A DNA stretch of 64,000 nt from a virus (Duplodnaviria; Heunggongvirae; Uroviricota; Caudoviricetes). The DNA is taken from the IMG/VR virus record IMGVR_UViG_3300013232_000486; one strand, written 5' to 3'. The notes below the pieces were generated by a model that saw nothing but the letters and a program-made list of their open reading frames with translations, did no database searches and had not been told where the DNA came from. The stretch's first letter is position 1. Each line of letters opens with the position of its first letter. A program made the position numbers and the translations under genes. Below, piece by piece: positions 50,601 to 60,536 of the stretch.

Positions 50601-52231
50601 CAGTCAGCACAAACTTGAAGTCTATCGAGTCGGCATCCGCAACGTACACGTTCCCAGAACCTCTGGTCAAGAAGTACATTCGTTTCTCGTTCACAATGAG
50701 TACGACCACGTTCATATCTCCGCGATTGACCACCATCGCGTTCACGTTCGTTCAGCCCAACATACAGTACTTGTTTACCTATCCACAACTCGTCTCTGGC
50801 CAGGTCGCCGAGTTGGCCGCTGTCGTGAACCATCGCTTGCCAGAAGGATGTACGGTCGAGATCGGGCTGTGTCACGGAGAGTCTTTCTTCTTTGACCGAG
50901 ATTACAAGAGTGTTGTACAACCAGTAATCAAAGAGCGTGGCGTAATTCTTGCCATAAACAGATCTTATGATACGTATCTCGGAAGCGATTCTACGATGGA
51001 CAGGTTGCAGACCGACGACTTCCAACTGTACCGCTCGGTATCTGGCGGATGGAAACAAGAGTCGATAAACGTGCTTGTGAACAATGTCTCGGCGCTTCCG
51101 ACCACGTACAAGATATACCCAGAGGAAGGCGTCATCGTCTTCAACTCGAAGCTTGACCCGCAAGACGTCGTTGCTGTCACTGACGTCAAGCAGCCTTCTC
51201 AGTTCAGGGTCGGACTTAAGATCACCAACCCGACATTGACGGCTGGCAGGCTTGACGAGTTCGCCTATTCTTGGACTGGAACAGAAGACGCCATAGGAGG
51301 AAGGTCCAATAGGGCGCCTAGGGCGATTAATCTGTTCATATCTCCAGTACCATCAATGCCTGGTGGCCCGCTGGTAGCCAACTACACGTTCATTGATCCA
51401 GACGGAGACTCCGAAGACATAACGCAGACTGAGATAACTTGGTACAGAAACGGAATGCCCATACCAGACGTGAAGGACAAGAAGACCATAAAGAACTCGG
51501 ACTTCTTCGCCAAGGTAGCCGACAAAGATCCTGGTATCGTTAAGAGCCAGGAATGGTTCTTCACCGTCAGGCCAAGTGATGGTCGGTCATATGGCCCATT
51601 GGCCACAAGCCCGAAAATCATAATCTCCAACAATCCTCCAGTGGTCTCAAAGGCCAGGCTCGTGTCGTCCAATAAGGATCCATTGGTATTCACCACGTTG
51701 GACGTGGTCAAGGTCGAGGTTAAGGTAACTGATTCCGACACCGACACGCCGAAGACTGGCGTCTACACTTGGTATGTCGATGACGTCCCAGTCAAGAGCG
51801 GCACGTCTAGCCAGATAGGACCAGAAGAGAAGGATGCTTCTGGAAATAGATATCTAGCGGCTGAGGCGGTAGTTAGATGCGAAGTGGTACCTTACGACGG
51901 AACAGACTATGGCGATCCGTTCTTCACAGACAGCGTCACCATCCAGGCCTCGCCTCCTCAGGTAAGCCAGGTCGCCGTAACGCCTTCGTCGCCGACTCTT
52001 TTAAGCAACCTGAGGATCTCGTACAAGTATAATGATCCAGACAGTCTTCCAGACAAGAGTCTGGTTCGATGGTACAAGGATGGTACGAGGATCTCCGAGC
52101 TTGATGACTTGAAGCAGATCTCTCGCGTATTGCTTGCCCCTGGACAGAAGTGGCAAGCCGGAGTCATCCCGAGTAATGGCCTTTCACAAGGAGACGAAGT
52201 CAAGTCAAACACCGTCGAAGTGACCTTCTGA
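47612..52231 (+). CDS. ~1539-aa virion protein: Kelch propeller, C-terminal half of vWA, Ig repeats
   Basis: TAATG coupling gives start MLWAQIG; Kelch (GKVYVFGG, IYLIGG, IYALGG); GASPHYDAL..MILSVSDNEE..ISEGTGG; three C-terminal Ig repeats like those in 21170..23620. Confidence 0.78.
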   Translation: MLWAQIGDMRVKECPSDGKTSLSFYSAFSWNGEILDPERSDTGPYVIHFLAGALNVPNTENSVPPTSLDELLNYFSPINGVEFENESAVPEYQAVVNDKNELVTLPVAMARLKPISRTDLDKMDIIAYTDYDKLGEIKRFSFETVSFTFNTKSGDNNTFLNKAERLNSSTNTWEEIGSMAYQRVSPFSASANGKVYVFGGYDGNSYVQEYESYDDANGWQTVGRASAAHGFGMTVSYGGMIYLIGGMNFSGVSNAMTQYDPIGNAFTSFPTMPQGVAMGAAVMNGSDLYVLFGASSASIESSGDSVSAFNYGIFKYDLSLGAGGSWSIEKLNVVGQTVTLSVDMDVGVTAVATTTSPTAPNGIAIINEGQPTEEVVCFNGNKGTGPFQLSKATSYAHVIGETFKIINLTENRLSPNASYAGSVIRVFDGISFYGYTSKAQFIYKGVSADYDPVAKTYTAKTSKPNVSRAKAQFESAGGTWYLLGGSAEKSQWLDDTESYDLLGDSFTYLGRTANMTYPRYSFGSAVLNDYIYALGGIGSGHEPGWLKISIKANPTSVKADGVQTASITVEATDVSGDPPPDGTQFLTKGLISFPMTDKQRDSYKTKIDELKQSLGEATATTSTTTTTTASKAPTAPQWISILPVLFSSKSFEMTNGIAGTTVLARSEDPIKEVDSLFSFLVGGEVAQDQQKFKELASSQLDQLRQSKVGDKRDLYTAAIEVSCVDDFYYGTTNTDLALYAASALQETTADGVPSSKAIGAQQAVADAEQGLGEAGFSIVGSPAAQGLSASVSFYSDISSIPNVQRITSEPVTPTVAKADLTTLLDEIPFGASPHYDALVKAAGVRASDSQASSVRNMILSVSDNEESLSASSADDVVNAANAVAGDGQCPVFVTNFVVTDPISLSARRARTDVADLELISEGTGGNSFSVVDPSYIDFVISRIKTAAPSSLSACTLIGDYELEGPLNSISFSLVGSLTGSEASMELFSSDDGYNFDPVSTNLKSIESASATYTFPEPLVKKYIRFSFTMSTTTFISPRLTTIAFTFVQPNIQYLFTYPQLVSGQVAELAAVVNHRLPEGCTVEIGLCHGESFFFDRDYKSVVQPVIKERGVILAINRSYDTYLGSDSTMDRLQTDDFQLYRSVSGGWKQESINVLVNNVSALPTTYKIYPEEGVIVFNSKLDPQDVVAVTDVKQPSQFRVGLKITNPTLTAGRLDEFAYSWTGTEDAIGGRSNRAPRAINLFISPVPSMPGGPLVANYTFIDPDGDSEDITQTEITWYRNGMPIPDVKDKKTIKNSDFFAKVADKDPGIVKSQEWFFTVRPSDGRSYGPLATSPKIIISNNPPVVSKARLVSSNKDPLVFTTLDVVKVEVKVTDSDTDTPKTGVYTWYVDDVPVKSGTSSQIGPEEKDASGNRYLAAEAVVRCEVVPYDGTDYGDPFFTDSVTIQASPPQVSQVAVTPSSPTLLSNLRISYKYNDPDSLPDKSLVRWYKDGTRISELDDLKQISRVLLAPGQKWQAGVIPSNGLSQGDEVKSNTVEVTF

Positions 52232-52248
52232 ATAGCAAGGAATGAACC

Positions 52249-53673
52249 ATGAGAGTTGTAAACCAGTGCGATAATTCAGTATACCTGAATGATGTTGACT
52301 TCATCATTCCGTTCAATCCAGACGGAACCCCATTCCACATACCAGACGAGATAGCCAACAAGTCCGTCACTCTCTCCATTTGCTTGGCCAAGGGAATGTT
52401 GTTCGACGTGGAAAAGGGAACCGCCACGCCAGGAGCATTCATGAAGAAGAAGTCCGTGTTATGCGATGACAAGCCAAGACTTCCCATGGATGACCTAATC
52501 AACGACGACAAAAAGGTAAGCGAATACTTCCCCGAAGCCACGTACGCCGCGTGGCATGGGCCAGCCTACGATTATGGTGGCTACGCGAACATGAACCGCA
52601 GGTTTATGTTCGGGTTGAACGAGCTTGGCGCGAAGATAAGATACGACAAGGTCGCGTCTATAAACGATGCCGACATGGACATCGTCGGACGCCTCGAGAA
52701 GCTATCTCTGACCAAGATACCGAAATGGGCTCCAAAGATTTACGGGATGACCGCCCCTCTACATTACGACTGGTCGAGATACAAGATGCTGTTTACGATG
52801 ATGGAGACTCGCAGACTCCATCCTCACTACGTCGACAGATGCAACTGCGCCGACGAGATCATCGTCCCTTCAAAATGGTGCAAGCAAGAGTTTGAAGAGA
52901 GCGGCGTCACAAAACCAGTCAAGGTCGTGCCTCTTGGGGTGAACACGGACTTGTACCGCCCCGGCGTTGAGCCCATAGGCTTCTCCAAGTCCTTGAAGGA
53001 CTTCGTGTTCGTCTCTGTTTTTGGATGGTCTATGCGTAAGGGATACGACGTCTTGCTGAAGGCATATTTCTCCGAATTTACGTCAGACGATCCAGTGTCC
53101 CTTCTGATCATGTCGCGCTACTACGGGTCCACCGACGAGAGCAAGAAGAAGGTCATCCGCGAAGACATCCAGCGCATGGCCTCGCTTGTCCCCAATACCA
53201 AGAAGCCGCATGTCATGCTGTTTGGAGATACACTTTCGGAACAAATGATGCCAGCCCTTTATGCGGCGGCGGACTGCTATGTTCTCATCAGTCGAGGAGA
53301 GGGATTCGGCTTGCCATACTGCGAGGCCTCCGCTTGCGGCTTGCCAGTGATCGGATCCAGATACTCTGGACAAACCGACTTCTTGGACGATGAGAACTCG
53401 TATCTCGTAGACGTCGACGGATATAGCAAAGCCGAGAAAGACATCTCATGGATATCCTACTTCTATGAGAACCAAGAGTTTCCAACGCTAGGACCAAAAG
53501 CCGTAGAGCAAACCCGCTATCACATGAGGCAAGTCTTCGAGAACCGTGATGAGGCGCAGCGCAAGGCACAACTGCTCAGAAACAAGGTAGTAAAGGAATA
53601 TGACTGGTCGGTCGGAATAAGAAAGATGCAGGATGAACTGAAGCGTGTCAATGAGGAGCTAAAGCCAAAATGA
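52249..53673 (+). CDS. GT4-like glycosyltransferase with extra N-terminal domain
   Basis: GGYANMNR, FTMMET, RKGYDVLLKAYFSEF, SRGEGFGLPYCEASACG. Confidence 0.92.
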   Translation: MRVVNQCDNSVYLNDVDFIIPFNPDGTPFHIPDEIANKSVTLSICLAKGMLFDVEKGTATPGAFMKKKSVLCDDKPRLPMDDLINDDKKVSEYFPEATYAAWHGPAYDYGGYANMNRRFMFGLNELGAKIRYDKVASINDADMDIVGRLEKLSLTKIPKWAPKIYGMTAPLHYDWSRYKMLFTMMETRRLHPHYVDRCNCADEIIVPSKWCKQEFEESGVTKPVKVVPLGVNTDLYRPGVEPIGFSKSLKDFVFVSVFGWSMRKGYDVLLKAYFSEFTSDDPVSLLIMSRYYGSTDESKKKVIREDIQRMASLVPNTKKPHVMLFGDTLSEQMMPALYAAADCYVLISRGEGFGLPYCEASACGLPVIGSRYSGQTDFLDDENSYLVDVDGYSKAEKDISWISYFYENQEFPTLGPKAVEQTRYHMRQVFENRDEAQRKAQLLRNKVVKEYDWSVGIRKMQDELKRVNEELKPK

Positions 53674-54626
53674 ACAAGGCCCTGATTTTCCTGGACGGAG
53701 AGACGTGCAAAGTTGTATTCGGAAACGTTTTGAAGTGTTTCCCGATTTCCGACCACTCAAAGCCAGAGATCGAAAAGTTCTTGGAGAAGATATTCTCCAC
53801 GTATGACGTTAGGGTTGCCACATCCACGGCCAAAACGGACAAGGACGCTTTCGTGTCCGCAATCCAAAAGGCTTCTGGCTCTCAGATGGTTCCCGCGCAA
53901 GCCCCCGCTTCGATGATTGCCAAGGCAAAGCCAATGCCGTCTCCGATGGTGGAGCAAGCAAAGCAACAGAAATCCTCAAGCATGCAAGCTCCCGACTTCG
54001 CAAACCTGAACTGGATGAAGTCTACTGCGGCCACGACCATCGTCATAGACGACTTGCTCACCAATGAAGAGGTTCGCCCAGGAACGGGCATCCGAAAGGC
54101 TTTCGTCATAAGCCCTGGCTTGCCATCAAATCTCCTTGGGATAGACCCACAAGTCGTTCGTCAGTCTAGGATTTTGGCAAATCTCCTCCGCAACGGAACC
54201 CTCGTTCCAATCAGCCAGGCAGAGGCCTTCAGGTTGCAGAACGAGCATGACATCCAGATGAAACGCGAAGAGGATGCCGCCCTCGATGACACGAGTCCGA
54301 TCGTGGACCGCAGATCCATCATGGAAAACGGAATGAGCACGGGAGGCCACGAGGCTCCTCCACTTGACCTCACGAGCGAAGCTGACTTGATGCCAATCAA
54401 GGGAGAAATACCCAACGAAGGGTACGGAACGATGTCCGAACTCATGGAGCAGATCTATGCTCCGCCAAGCGATTCTCCTCCTGAAGAATCTGAAGCCGAA
54501 GTCGTCGAGTTGAATGAGCAGGGAGATATTTCACAGTCGATCCCAGAGAGAGTCGCGCAGCGGCAAGCTTTGCGCCAAGACGTACCAGTAAGACAGCGAG
54601 CTAGCGCCATAAGAAAGCGTGAATAG
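53670..54626 (+). CDS. hypothetical protein, acidic disordered C-terminus
   Basis: ATGA overlap; middle domain resembles the N-terminal extension of the upstream GT. Confidence 0.75.
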   Translation: MNKALIFLDGETCKVVFGNVLKCFPISDHSKPEIEKFLEKIFSTYDVRVATSTAKTDKDAFVSAIQKASGSQMVPAQAPASMIAKAKPMPSPMVEQAKQQKSSSMQAPDFANLNWMKSTAATTIVIDDLLTNEEVRPGTGIRKAFVISPGLPSNLLGIDPQVVRQSRILANLLRNGTLVPISQAEAFRLQNEHDIQMKREEDAALDDTSPIVDRRSIMENGMSTGGHEAPPLDLTSEADLMPIKGEIPNEGYGTMSELMEQIYAPPSDSPPEESEAEVVELNEQGDISQSIPERVAQRQALRQDVPVRQRASAIRKRE

Positions 54627-54941
54627 ATGAGCGAACAACGAGACAATCAACTGGCAAAGACGCTGTACCTAGAGAACATGTCTTCTATGAAGCAAGTTCT
54701 CAAGCTTGGCGAGTTCAAGATGGGTGGGCGAGACTCCCAAGAATACAAGTACTTCAAGTCGGTCGTCATGGACAAGTTCTACCTCCCGATGCTGGCTTTC
54801 TTTGAACACCTGGAATCCCTCGGACTTCTAGAAAAGTGTTCTTGCGGAACCAGTATTCGCAAGGGGTACAAGACTTGCCAGAAGTGCAATGGATCTGGCT
54901 ATTGCAACACGAAGAAGTTGGACGAGATCATTAAGCCGTAG
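54627..54941 (+). CDS. small protein with C-terminal zinc ribbon
   Basis: CSCG-x8-CQKCNGSGYC. Confidence 0.75.
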   Translation: MSEQRDNQLAKTLYLENMSSMKQVLKLGEFKMGGRDSQEYKYFKSVVMDKFYLPMLAFFEHLESLGLLEKCSCGTSIRKGYKTCQKCNGSGYCNTKKLDEIIKP

Positions 54942-55010
54942 TCCGTATTCCTCCGTATTATCAGACAGTACCGTCACGGCGCTGAACGCGCCCTGCATTG
55001 GAGATAACAC

Positions 55011-58000
55011 ATGCTGAAGGCCGTTCTGCTAATGGATAACCCCACGGTCCCGACGGGGTATGCAAGTACTTGTCGTCTGACGGCGAAAGAACTGAAGAAG
55101 CGCGGATGGGAAGTCTATGCCCTAGGCTTCAACGGTGGTCAGCAAGTAGGTGAAAAGAACGCAACGGTCTTCGAAGCCGCTGGAGTAAACGTAATCAAGA
55201 ACTATGCCATTGACAGGAATAAAGACGCCATCTATGGTGACGCGGAAACGATCCTCAAAGTAGAAAAAGACATAGCTCCAGACATATACTTCTGGCACAA
55301 CGACTCGTACAGGTATAGCTACGTCAAGCAGTTGCCTAACGAGATCATGGAGAAGTCAGTTTTTTGGCTCCCGTTCGAGGGCGAAGCTCCAGATGCCCCC
55401 GGACTCGACATCTTCGGTAGATGCGCCGCCATACGATTCGTGACAAAGCATGCCTTGGATTTGCATGCAGACTTGCTGAAGGGTAAGAACGTCGGATCCA
55501 TTTACCATGCCATAGACCTTGAACACATGAATCCAATCGGATTCGGGGTTCAAAAGAAGATCGCTAAGCGCGAGAAGAAACTGAACGTCGAGGACAAGTT
55601 CGTCGTCAGTCGCGTGGATCGACACCAGCCTAGAAAGTACTGGGATCTTACGCTGAAGGCGTTCGCGCAGTTCGCCAAGGGTAAGGACGACGTCTTCCTT
55701 CTCTGTAAGTGCAATCCACGCGACATCACAATGTATTCTTCGGAACAAGGCGGGATGGACCTGGAGAAGCTTGCCTCGTCTCTTGGCATCGAGAAAAAGA
55801 TCGCGTTTGACGATTGGTTCTTTGACACCTCGTTCATGCCTAGGGCCTTCTACCATCCAGCAGACGTCTTCTTCACCACGACCTCTGGAGAAGGGTTTGG
55901 TCTCGCCTTAGCTGAGGCCATGGCTTGTGGAATCCCCGTCGTGTATCCAAACACTCCCGTTCTCCCGGAGGTCGTCGGCGATGGCGGGATCATGTTTGCC
56001 AGGAAGGAACGGAAGTGGTACGACAAGATGTCCGTATGGCACAACATATCGGACGTTGACGACGCGGCCCGGGCGCTGGAACAGGTATATCAAAATTGGA
56101 AGCTTCCAGAAGATCAGCAGCGTTTGATCAAGACGATAAGCGAGAAGGCTCGCGAAAGAGCCGAACAAAACTTCAGCCCAAAGGTCGTATACGACCAGTG
56201 GGACGAGGTCATGCGCGACGTTGTCGAAAAGCGCGACCTCGTGTCCATCATCACGGTCTTGTACAACGTCAGCGGAAAGGAACAGATATACGGGGAAGAC
56301 GGGATCGAGCATCTTCGGGAAACGATGGAGAAGTACGTCAAGTTCCCATATGAGTGGATAATCGTAGACAATGCCTCTCCAGCCAAAGAAGTAACCCAAG
56401 AATGGTTGTCAAACGCCGCGTCAAAGAATAGGCGCATCAAGCCGATTTTCCTTACCATCAACCGAGGGTACGCTGGAGGAAACAACGCTGGGCTAGAAGT
56501 CGCGTCAGGCAAGAACGTAATTTTGATGAACCCAGACAGCGAGGTCATCCCACCAGAGAAGCATGGCTTCAAGCATGACTTCGTCAAGTTGATGTATGAC
56601 AAGGTTTCCTCAGACCCGAACCTTGGCGTCCTAGGGATGACAATAAACAAGAGAGACGATGTCATGCCAGGGGCTCAGTTCCCCTATTTCTGCTGCGTCA
56701 TGATCTCCAAGGCGTGCTTGGATGCTATCAAGACTCCAGATGGCAAATGGCTCGACGAGAACTTCTGGCCAGCTTACTACGAGGATCTGGATCTCTGCAT
56801 CAGGGCTCAGGCGAGAGGCTTCTCCATCGCCGAGGACAAGACCTTGCCGTTCTGGCATAAGAGTGGAGGAACGAACAAGTATCTCGTTCAGAAGGCTGTT
56901 TCCGAGCCAGCCATCAAGTCTTTGCTGCATGGACTTGAGAGGCTGAAGAAGGAAAACAGGATGCCGTTGGACTTCGAGAGGAAGTTTGGCGAAATCGCCT
57001 CTGGAGGAATGCAAGGACTCATTGAAGGCAACATCAAGTACCTGAATTCCAAGTGGGGCGTCTCGGCAAGACAGAAGGTTCGACTCGTCTGGGATACGCA
57101 TATCGGCGAGGCCGTCGGGTTCTCCGAGATCGCAGAAGGCTTGATCCCAGAATTGCACGCTCTTGGTTTTGATATCTATGTGAACGACTGGACGAACGGA
57201 TCAAAAATCAAGAATCCGCTCATCAAGCAGTTGTGGGAGAAGACGAAGAAGGTCAAGGAGTCTGGCGATGACCTTTACGACGCCATTCACATCATTTGTT
57301 GGTTGATGGAAACGTTCGCGGACGTCGACGGATCATACAAGGTCGGCATTTCTCTTTGCGAGAGCACGAAGGTAAGAAGCTCGTACCTCCACTTGTGCAA
57401 CTCAACGGATCACATCCTCACGTTCTCGAACTTCTGCAAAGGCGTTCAGAAGAACTCTGGGTTCTTGTCTCCGATCCACGTCGCAACTCCTGGAATATCA
57501 ACTGCTTACATAAACCACCACGAGCGTCCATCGCTTGCTGATATCGTCAAGAACGGGAAGTTCACGTTCCTTACTGTCGGGGTCAGCCAAGAGCGCAAAG
57601 ACACGTTCCGCCTTGTCGAGGCCTTCTGCGAGGCCTTCCCGAAGGGTCACAAATTCCCGCCAGAACGCGGGGAGAGCTTCCCAATAACGTGCGACCAGAT
57701 AGAACTGGTTCTGAAGTCGAACAACTTCGGCGAGTTGAACTGGGTTCACGAGAGGGGATACTCGGCGAGAGCCAACATCAGGACGATCTTCACGGGATGG
57801 GATAAACGAGCCGAACGCCCAGACTTGACCACCGAAGAAATGTACGACTTGTATTGCAACTCCCACGCGCTGGTTCATCCGAGCCATGGAGAAGGCATCG
57901 GGATGCCGATCCTCGAGGCTGCGGCTACGGGAATGCCAGTCATCTTCACAAACTGGTCCAGTCCAGCCGAGTACCTTGATGAGTCGAATTCGTACCCGAT

Positions 58001-60536
58001 CTCGCTCAGCCCGTACCCAGGAACGACGCTCACGGCGGCCTATAACGGAGCGCCTGGTGACAACGGGCTATGGGCCAACATGCATGTCGGCCACATGAAG
58101 CATTTGATGTACACGGTGATATCCGAATGGGAAGACGCCAAGAAAAAAGGCCGCAAAGCGCACGAGAAAATCAAGGCTTGCTATAATTGGAAGGACTCGG
58201 CTCTCAAGCTGTGGCCAGTCATCATGGAGTGGGAAGACTGCCGAAAGAACAAGCCTAAACGAGACACGCAGTTCGATCCGATGACTTTTGAGAAGCCAAA
58301 GTTGGATCCAGTCCAGCGGAACGACAGGATACTGATCGATGTGGCTACCAGAGACAGGCATTCTTACCTGTCATGCCTGCTGATCAGTTTGCTCAATCAA
58401 TCCTTCAAGAACTGGGATATCGTAATTCAAGTCGACGACGCTGACGAGTCGATCTTGCAAGATCATTTGATCATGACTCTTATGGGAAGGCTCCAGAATG
58501 AGGGTCATGGATGGAGGATGAACCGCTCCCATCGCCAAGGGCCACATATCGCTCACCAGCGAACACTACAGATGGCCATTGACGATAACAAGAGGACGAA
58601 GGGCAAGTACAAGCTCATTTGCCGAATAGACGATGACATTTACGTGCAACCAAACTACCTCGAGAAGCTATTTAACGAGTTCCTTGCAGACCCGAATTGT
58701 GAATTAGGAGCCGTCAGTGGCGTGTACCTTGATCCGAAGAGGTCTGACGCTGAACAATTCGCTCCGAAGAACTACAAGGACGACATAAACTACGCTGGTT
58801 TGATCGACCATAACGTCCCATGGCCGTATATCTGTAGGTATCCAGAAGGGACCAAGCCACGTAACGTCGAGCATCTCTACTCAAGCTATCTTTACCGCGT
58901 CGAGGTTGCAGAGGCCATCGGCGGGTACTGCAAGCTGTTCTCGCAGATCGGCCATCGTGAGGAGTCTGACTTCAGCTATCGCTTCTGGCTGGCTGGATTC
59001 CAATTGAAAATCCACCCAGAGGCCATCGGGTACCACTTCAGCGCCCCGAACTCTGGCATTAGGTCGATCGACATCAACGAGAAGAACGCGCTGGCAGAGA
59101 CCGACCACAAGATTTACTCCAGAAGGCTTCACAGATGGAAACAACGAGCGACTGAGAGGAGAAACACCGAGCATCAGAAGCGCATGGCCATGGAAAAAGA
59201 GGCAATAGAGAAAAGGCCAAAACCCGAAACGAGCAAGCTGACATGCGTGATAAACAGCGGAGATAACCCTGAGATCATAAAGTCGGCCATCAGGCGTTTT
59301 GCCAAAGTAGCAGACTCCATTTACGTGACGTGTGAGCTATCGTCAAAGGACTTGTTGTCAGACATATTCTCTGAGCCTGGAATGGCCATGAAGATCAAGT
59401 CTATCGGAACCACCGTAGAGGAGTCCGCTGGCATAGCTCAGACGGTCGCGGCCCTTGGAGACCATGAGTTCGTTATGACGGTCTCAGACCTGATGACGTT
59501 TAAGACGGATCCAAGGAGCATCCTATCTCCGAATTACGACGAGTACGTGTTCGAGGTATACGAGACGTATCGGTCTGGAACCACGAACGGAAACATGTTC
59601 TCTCCAGACGATTCGGCTCCAGTGATGATTGGAAGGGAGTGTCGGAACCAGTGTCTGATCTTCAGGCGTAACTGTGGCAAGCCATCCATAGAAAGAATCC
59701 TCTACAGCGACATCATGGTCATTGAGGACACAAAGCATATCCCCGAGAAGGGAATGTCTAGATATGGACAGTCTTTGGTCAGGCTCGACGCAATCGGCTC
59801 GATCGACTGGACGAAGATCTGCGTGTTCCAGCATCCAGACGGACAACTCAGTAAATGGGCGGTCCAAGACATCACAAACGGATCGCCTCTCGTTTCAATT
59901 GTAATCCCGACTCCTGGCAGGAAGGCGCATTTGAAACGCTGCATTGACAGCATCTACGCGTACACGACGACCTCATTCGAGCTGATCATCGTCGACAATG
60001 CGAGTTCCGACGGAACAGCCGAGATGCTTGAGAATGAAGCAAAGGTTCGCCCAAACATAGTCGTCCTCCGACAAGATAAGAACCTGGGATTCCAAAAGGG
60101 CATCAATATCGGAGTCGGGAAGTCCCGTGGCAAGTACGTCCTCTTGTTTAATGATGACGCTTGGGTTGAGAAGCCAGAGCCAGACGGAGGAGATTGGCTT
60201 GGCGTCCTAATCAATGAGCTTGAAGCCAATCCGAAGATAGGCATCGTCGGCCCACACGAGGATGTCAGTCCCGCGCTTGGAAAGAAAATCCTTTTGTTCT
60301 GGTGCGTGATGATGAGGAAGAAGACGTGGGATGACGTCGGGCCACTTGATGATGTCACCTTCTTGAACTATGGCGGAGATGACGACTACTGCGAGCGGCT
60401 GAAGGCCAAGGGCTACGAGATAAAGTGCAAGTATGTACACTTGCGTCATCTGATGAACCTAGTTCCTCAGAGCGTAAAGAACAGGGAACTTGAGGAGAGT
60501 CGAGTTAAGTTGAGGAGCAAGTACAACGTCAGCTAA
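55011..60536 (+). CDS. 1841-aa multi-glycosyltransferase (GT4-GT2-GT4-GT2-unknown-GT2)
   Basis: GT-B: GEGFGLALAEAMACG and HGEGIGMPILEAAATG. GT-A: VSIITV..IIVDNAS..LMNPD..YEDLD; IDVATRDR..RIDDD..REESDF; VSIVIPT..IIVDNASSD..FNDD. SD GGAG. Confidence 0.92.
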   Translation: MLKAVLLMDNPTVPTGYASTCRLTAKELKKRGWEVYALGFNGGQQVGEKNATVFEAAGVNVIKNYAIDRNKDAIYGDAETILKVEKDIAPDIYFWHNDSYRYSYVKQLPNEIMEKSVFWLPFEGEAPDAPGLDIFGRCAAIRFVTKHALDLHADLLKGKNVGSIYHAIDLEHMNPIGFGVQKKIAKREKKLNVEDKFVVSRVDRHQPRKYWDLTLKAFAQFAKGKDDVFLLCKCNPRDITMYSSEQGGMDLEKLASSLGIEKKIAFDDWFFDTSFMPRAFYHPADVFFTTTSGEGFGLALAEAMACGIPVVYPNTPVLPEVVGDGGIMFARKERKWYDKMSVWHNISDVDDAARALEQVYQNWKLPEDQQRLIKTISEKARERAEQNFSPKVVYDQWDEVMRDVVEKRDLVSIITVLYNVSGKEQIYGEDGIEHLRETMEKYVKFPYEWIIVDNASPAKEVTQEWLSNAASKNRRIKPIFLTINRGYAGGNNAGLEVASGKNVILMNPDSEVIPPEKHGFKHDFVKLMYDKVSSDPNLGVLGMTINKRDDVMPGAQFPYFCCVMISKACLDAIKTPDGKWLDENFWPAYYEDLDLCIRAQARGFSIAEDKTLPFWHKSGGTNKYLVQKAVSEPAIKSLLHGLERLKKENRMPLDFERKFGEIASGGMQGLIEGNIKYLNSKWGVSARQKVRLVWDTHIGEAVGFSEIAEGLIPELHALGFDIYVNDWTNGSKIKNPLIKQLWEKTKKVKESGDDLYDAIHIICWLMETFADVDGSYKVGISLCESTKVRSSYLHLCNSTDHILTFSNFCKGVQKNSGFLSPIHVATPGISTAYINHHERPSLADIVKNGKFTFLTVGVSQERKDTFRLVEAFCEAFPKGHKFPPERGESFPITCDQIELVLKSNNFGELNWVHERGYSARANIRTIFTGWDKRAERPDLTTEEMYDLYCNSHALVHPSHGEGIGMPILEAAATGMPVIFTNWSSPAEYLDESNSYPISLSPYPGTTLTAAYNGAPGDNGLWANMHVGHMKHLMYTVISEWEDAKKKGRKAHEKIKACYNWKDSALKLWPVIMEWEDCRKNKPKRDTQFDPMTFEKPKLDPVQRNDRILIDVATRDRHSYLSCLLISLLNQSFKNWDIVIQVDDADESILQDHLIMTLMGRLQNEGHGWRMNRSHRQGPHIAHQRTLQMAIDDNKRTKGKYKLICRIDDDIYVQPNYLEKLFNEFLADPNCELGAVSGVYLDPKRSDAEQFAPKNYKDDINYAGLIDHNVPWPYICRYPEGTKPRNVEHLYSSYLYRVEVAEAIGGYCKLFSQIGHREESDFSYRFWLAGFQLKIHPEAIGYHFSAPNSGIRSIDINEKNALAETDHKIYSRRLHRWKQRATERRNTEHQKRMAMEKEAIEKRPKPETSKLTCVINSGDNPEIIKSAIRRFAKVADSIYVTCELSSKDLLSDIFSEPGMAMKIKSIGTTVEESAGIAQTVAALGDHEFVMTVSDLMTFKTDPRSILSPNYDEYVFEVYETYRSGTTNGNMFSPDDSAPVMIGRECRNQCLIFRRNCGKPSIERILYSDIMVIEDTKHIPEKGMSRYGQSLVRLDAIGSIDWTKICVFQHPDGQLSKWAVQDITNGSPLVSIVIPTPGRKAHLKRCIDSIYAYTTTSFELIIVDNASSDGTAEMLENEAKVRPNIVVLRQDKNLGFQKGINIGVGKSRGKYVLLFNDDAWVEKPEPDGGDWLGVLINELEANPKIGIVGPHEDVSPALGKKILLFWCVMMRKKTWDDVGPLDDVTFLNYGGDDDYCERLKAKGYEIKCKYVHLRHLMNLVPQSVKNRELEESRVKLRSKYNVS

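Noticed and set aside
6591-60536. Stop-codon reassignment (alternative genetic code)
   Set aside because: ORFs of up to 10.8 kb are open in code 11, all three stop codons end genes, and the TAG junctions at 14520, 20317 and 24963 are out of frame with the next gene.
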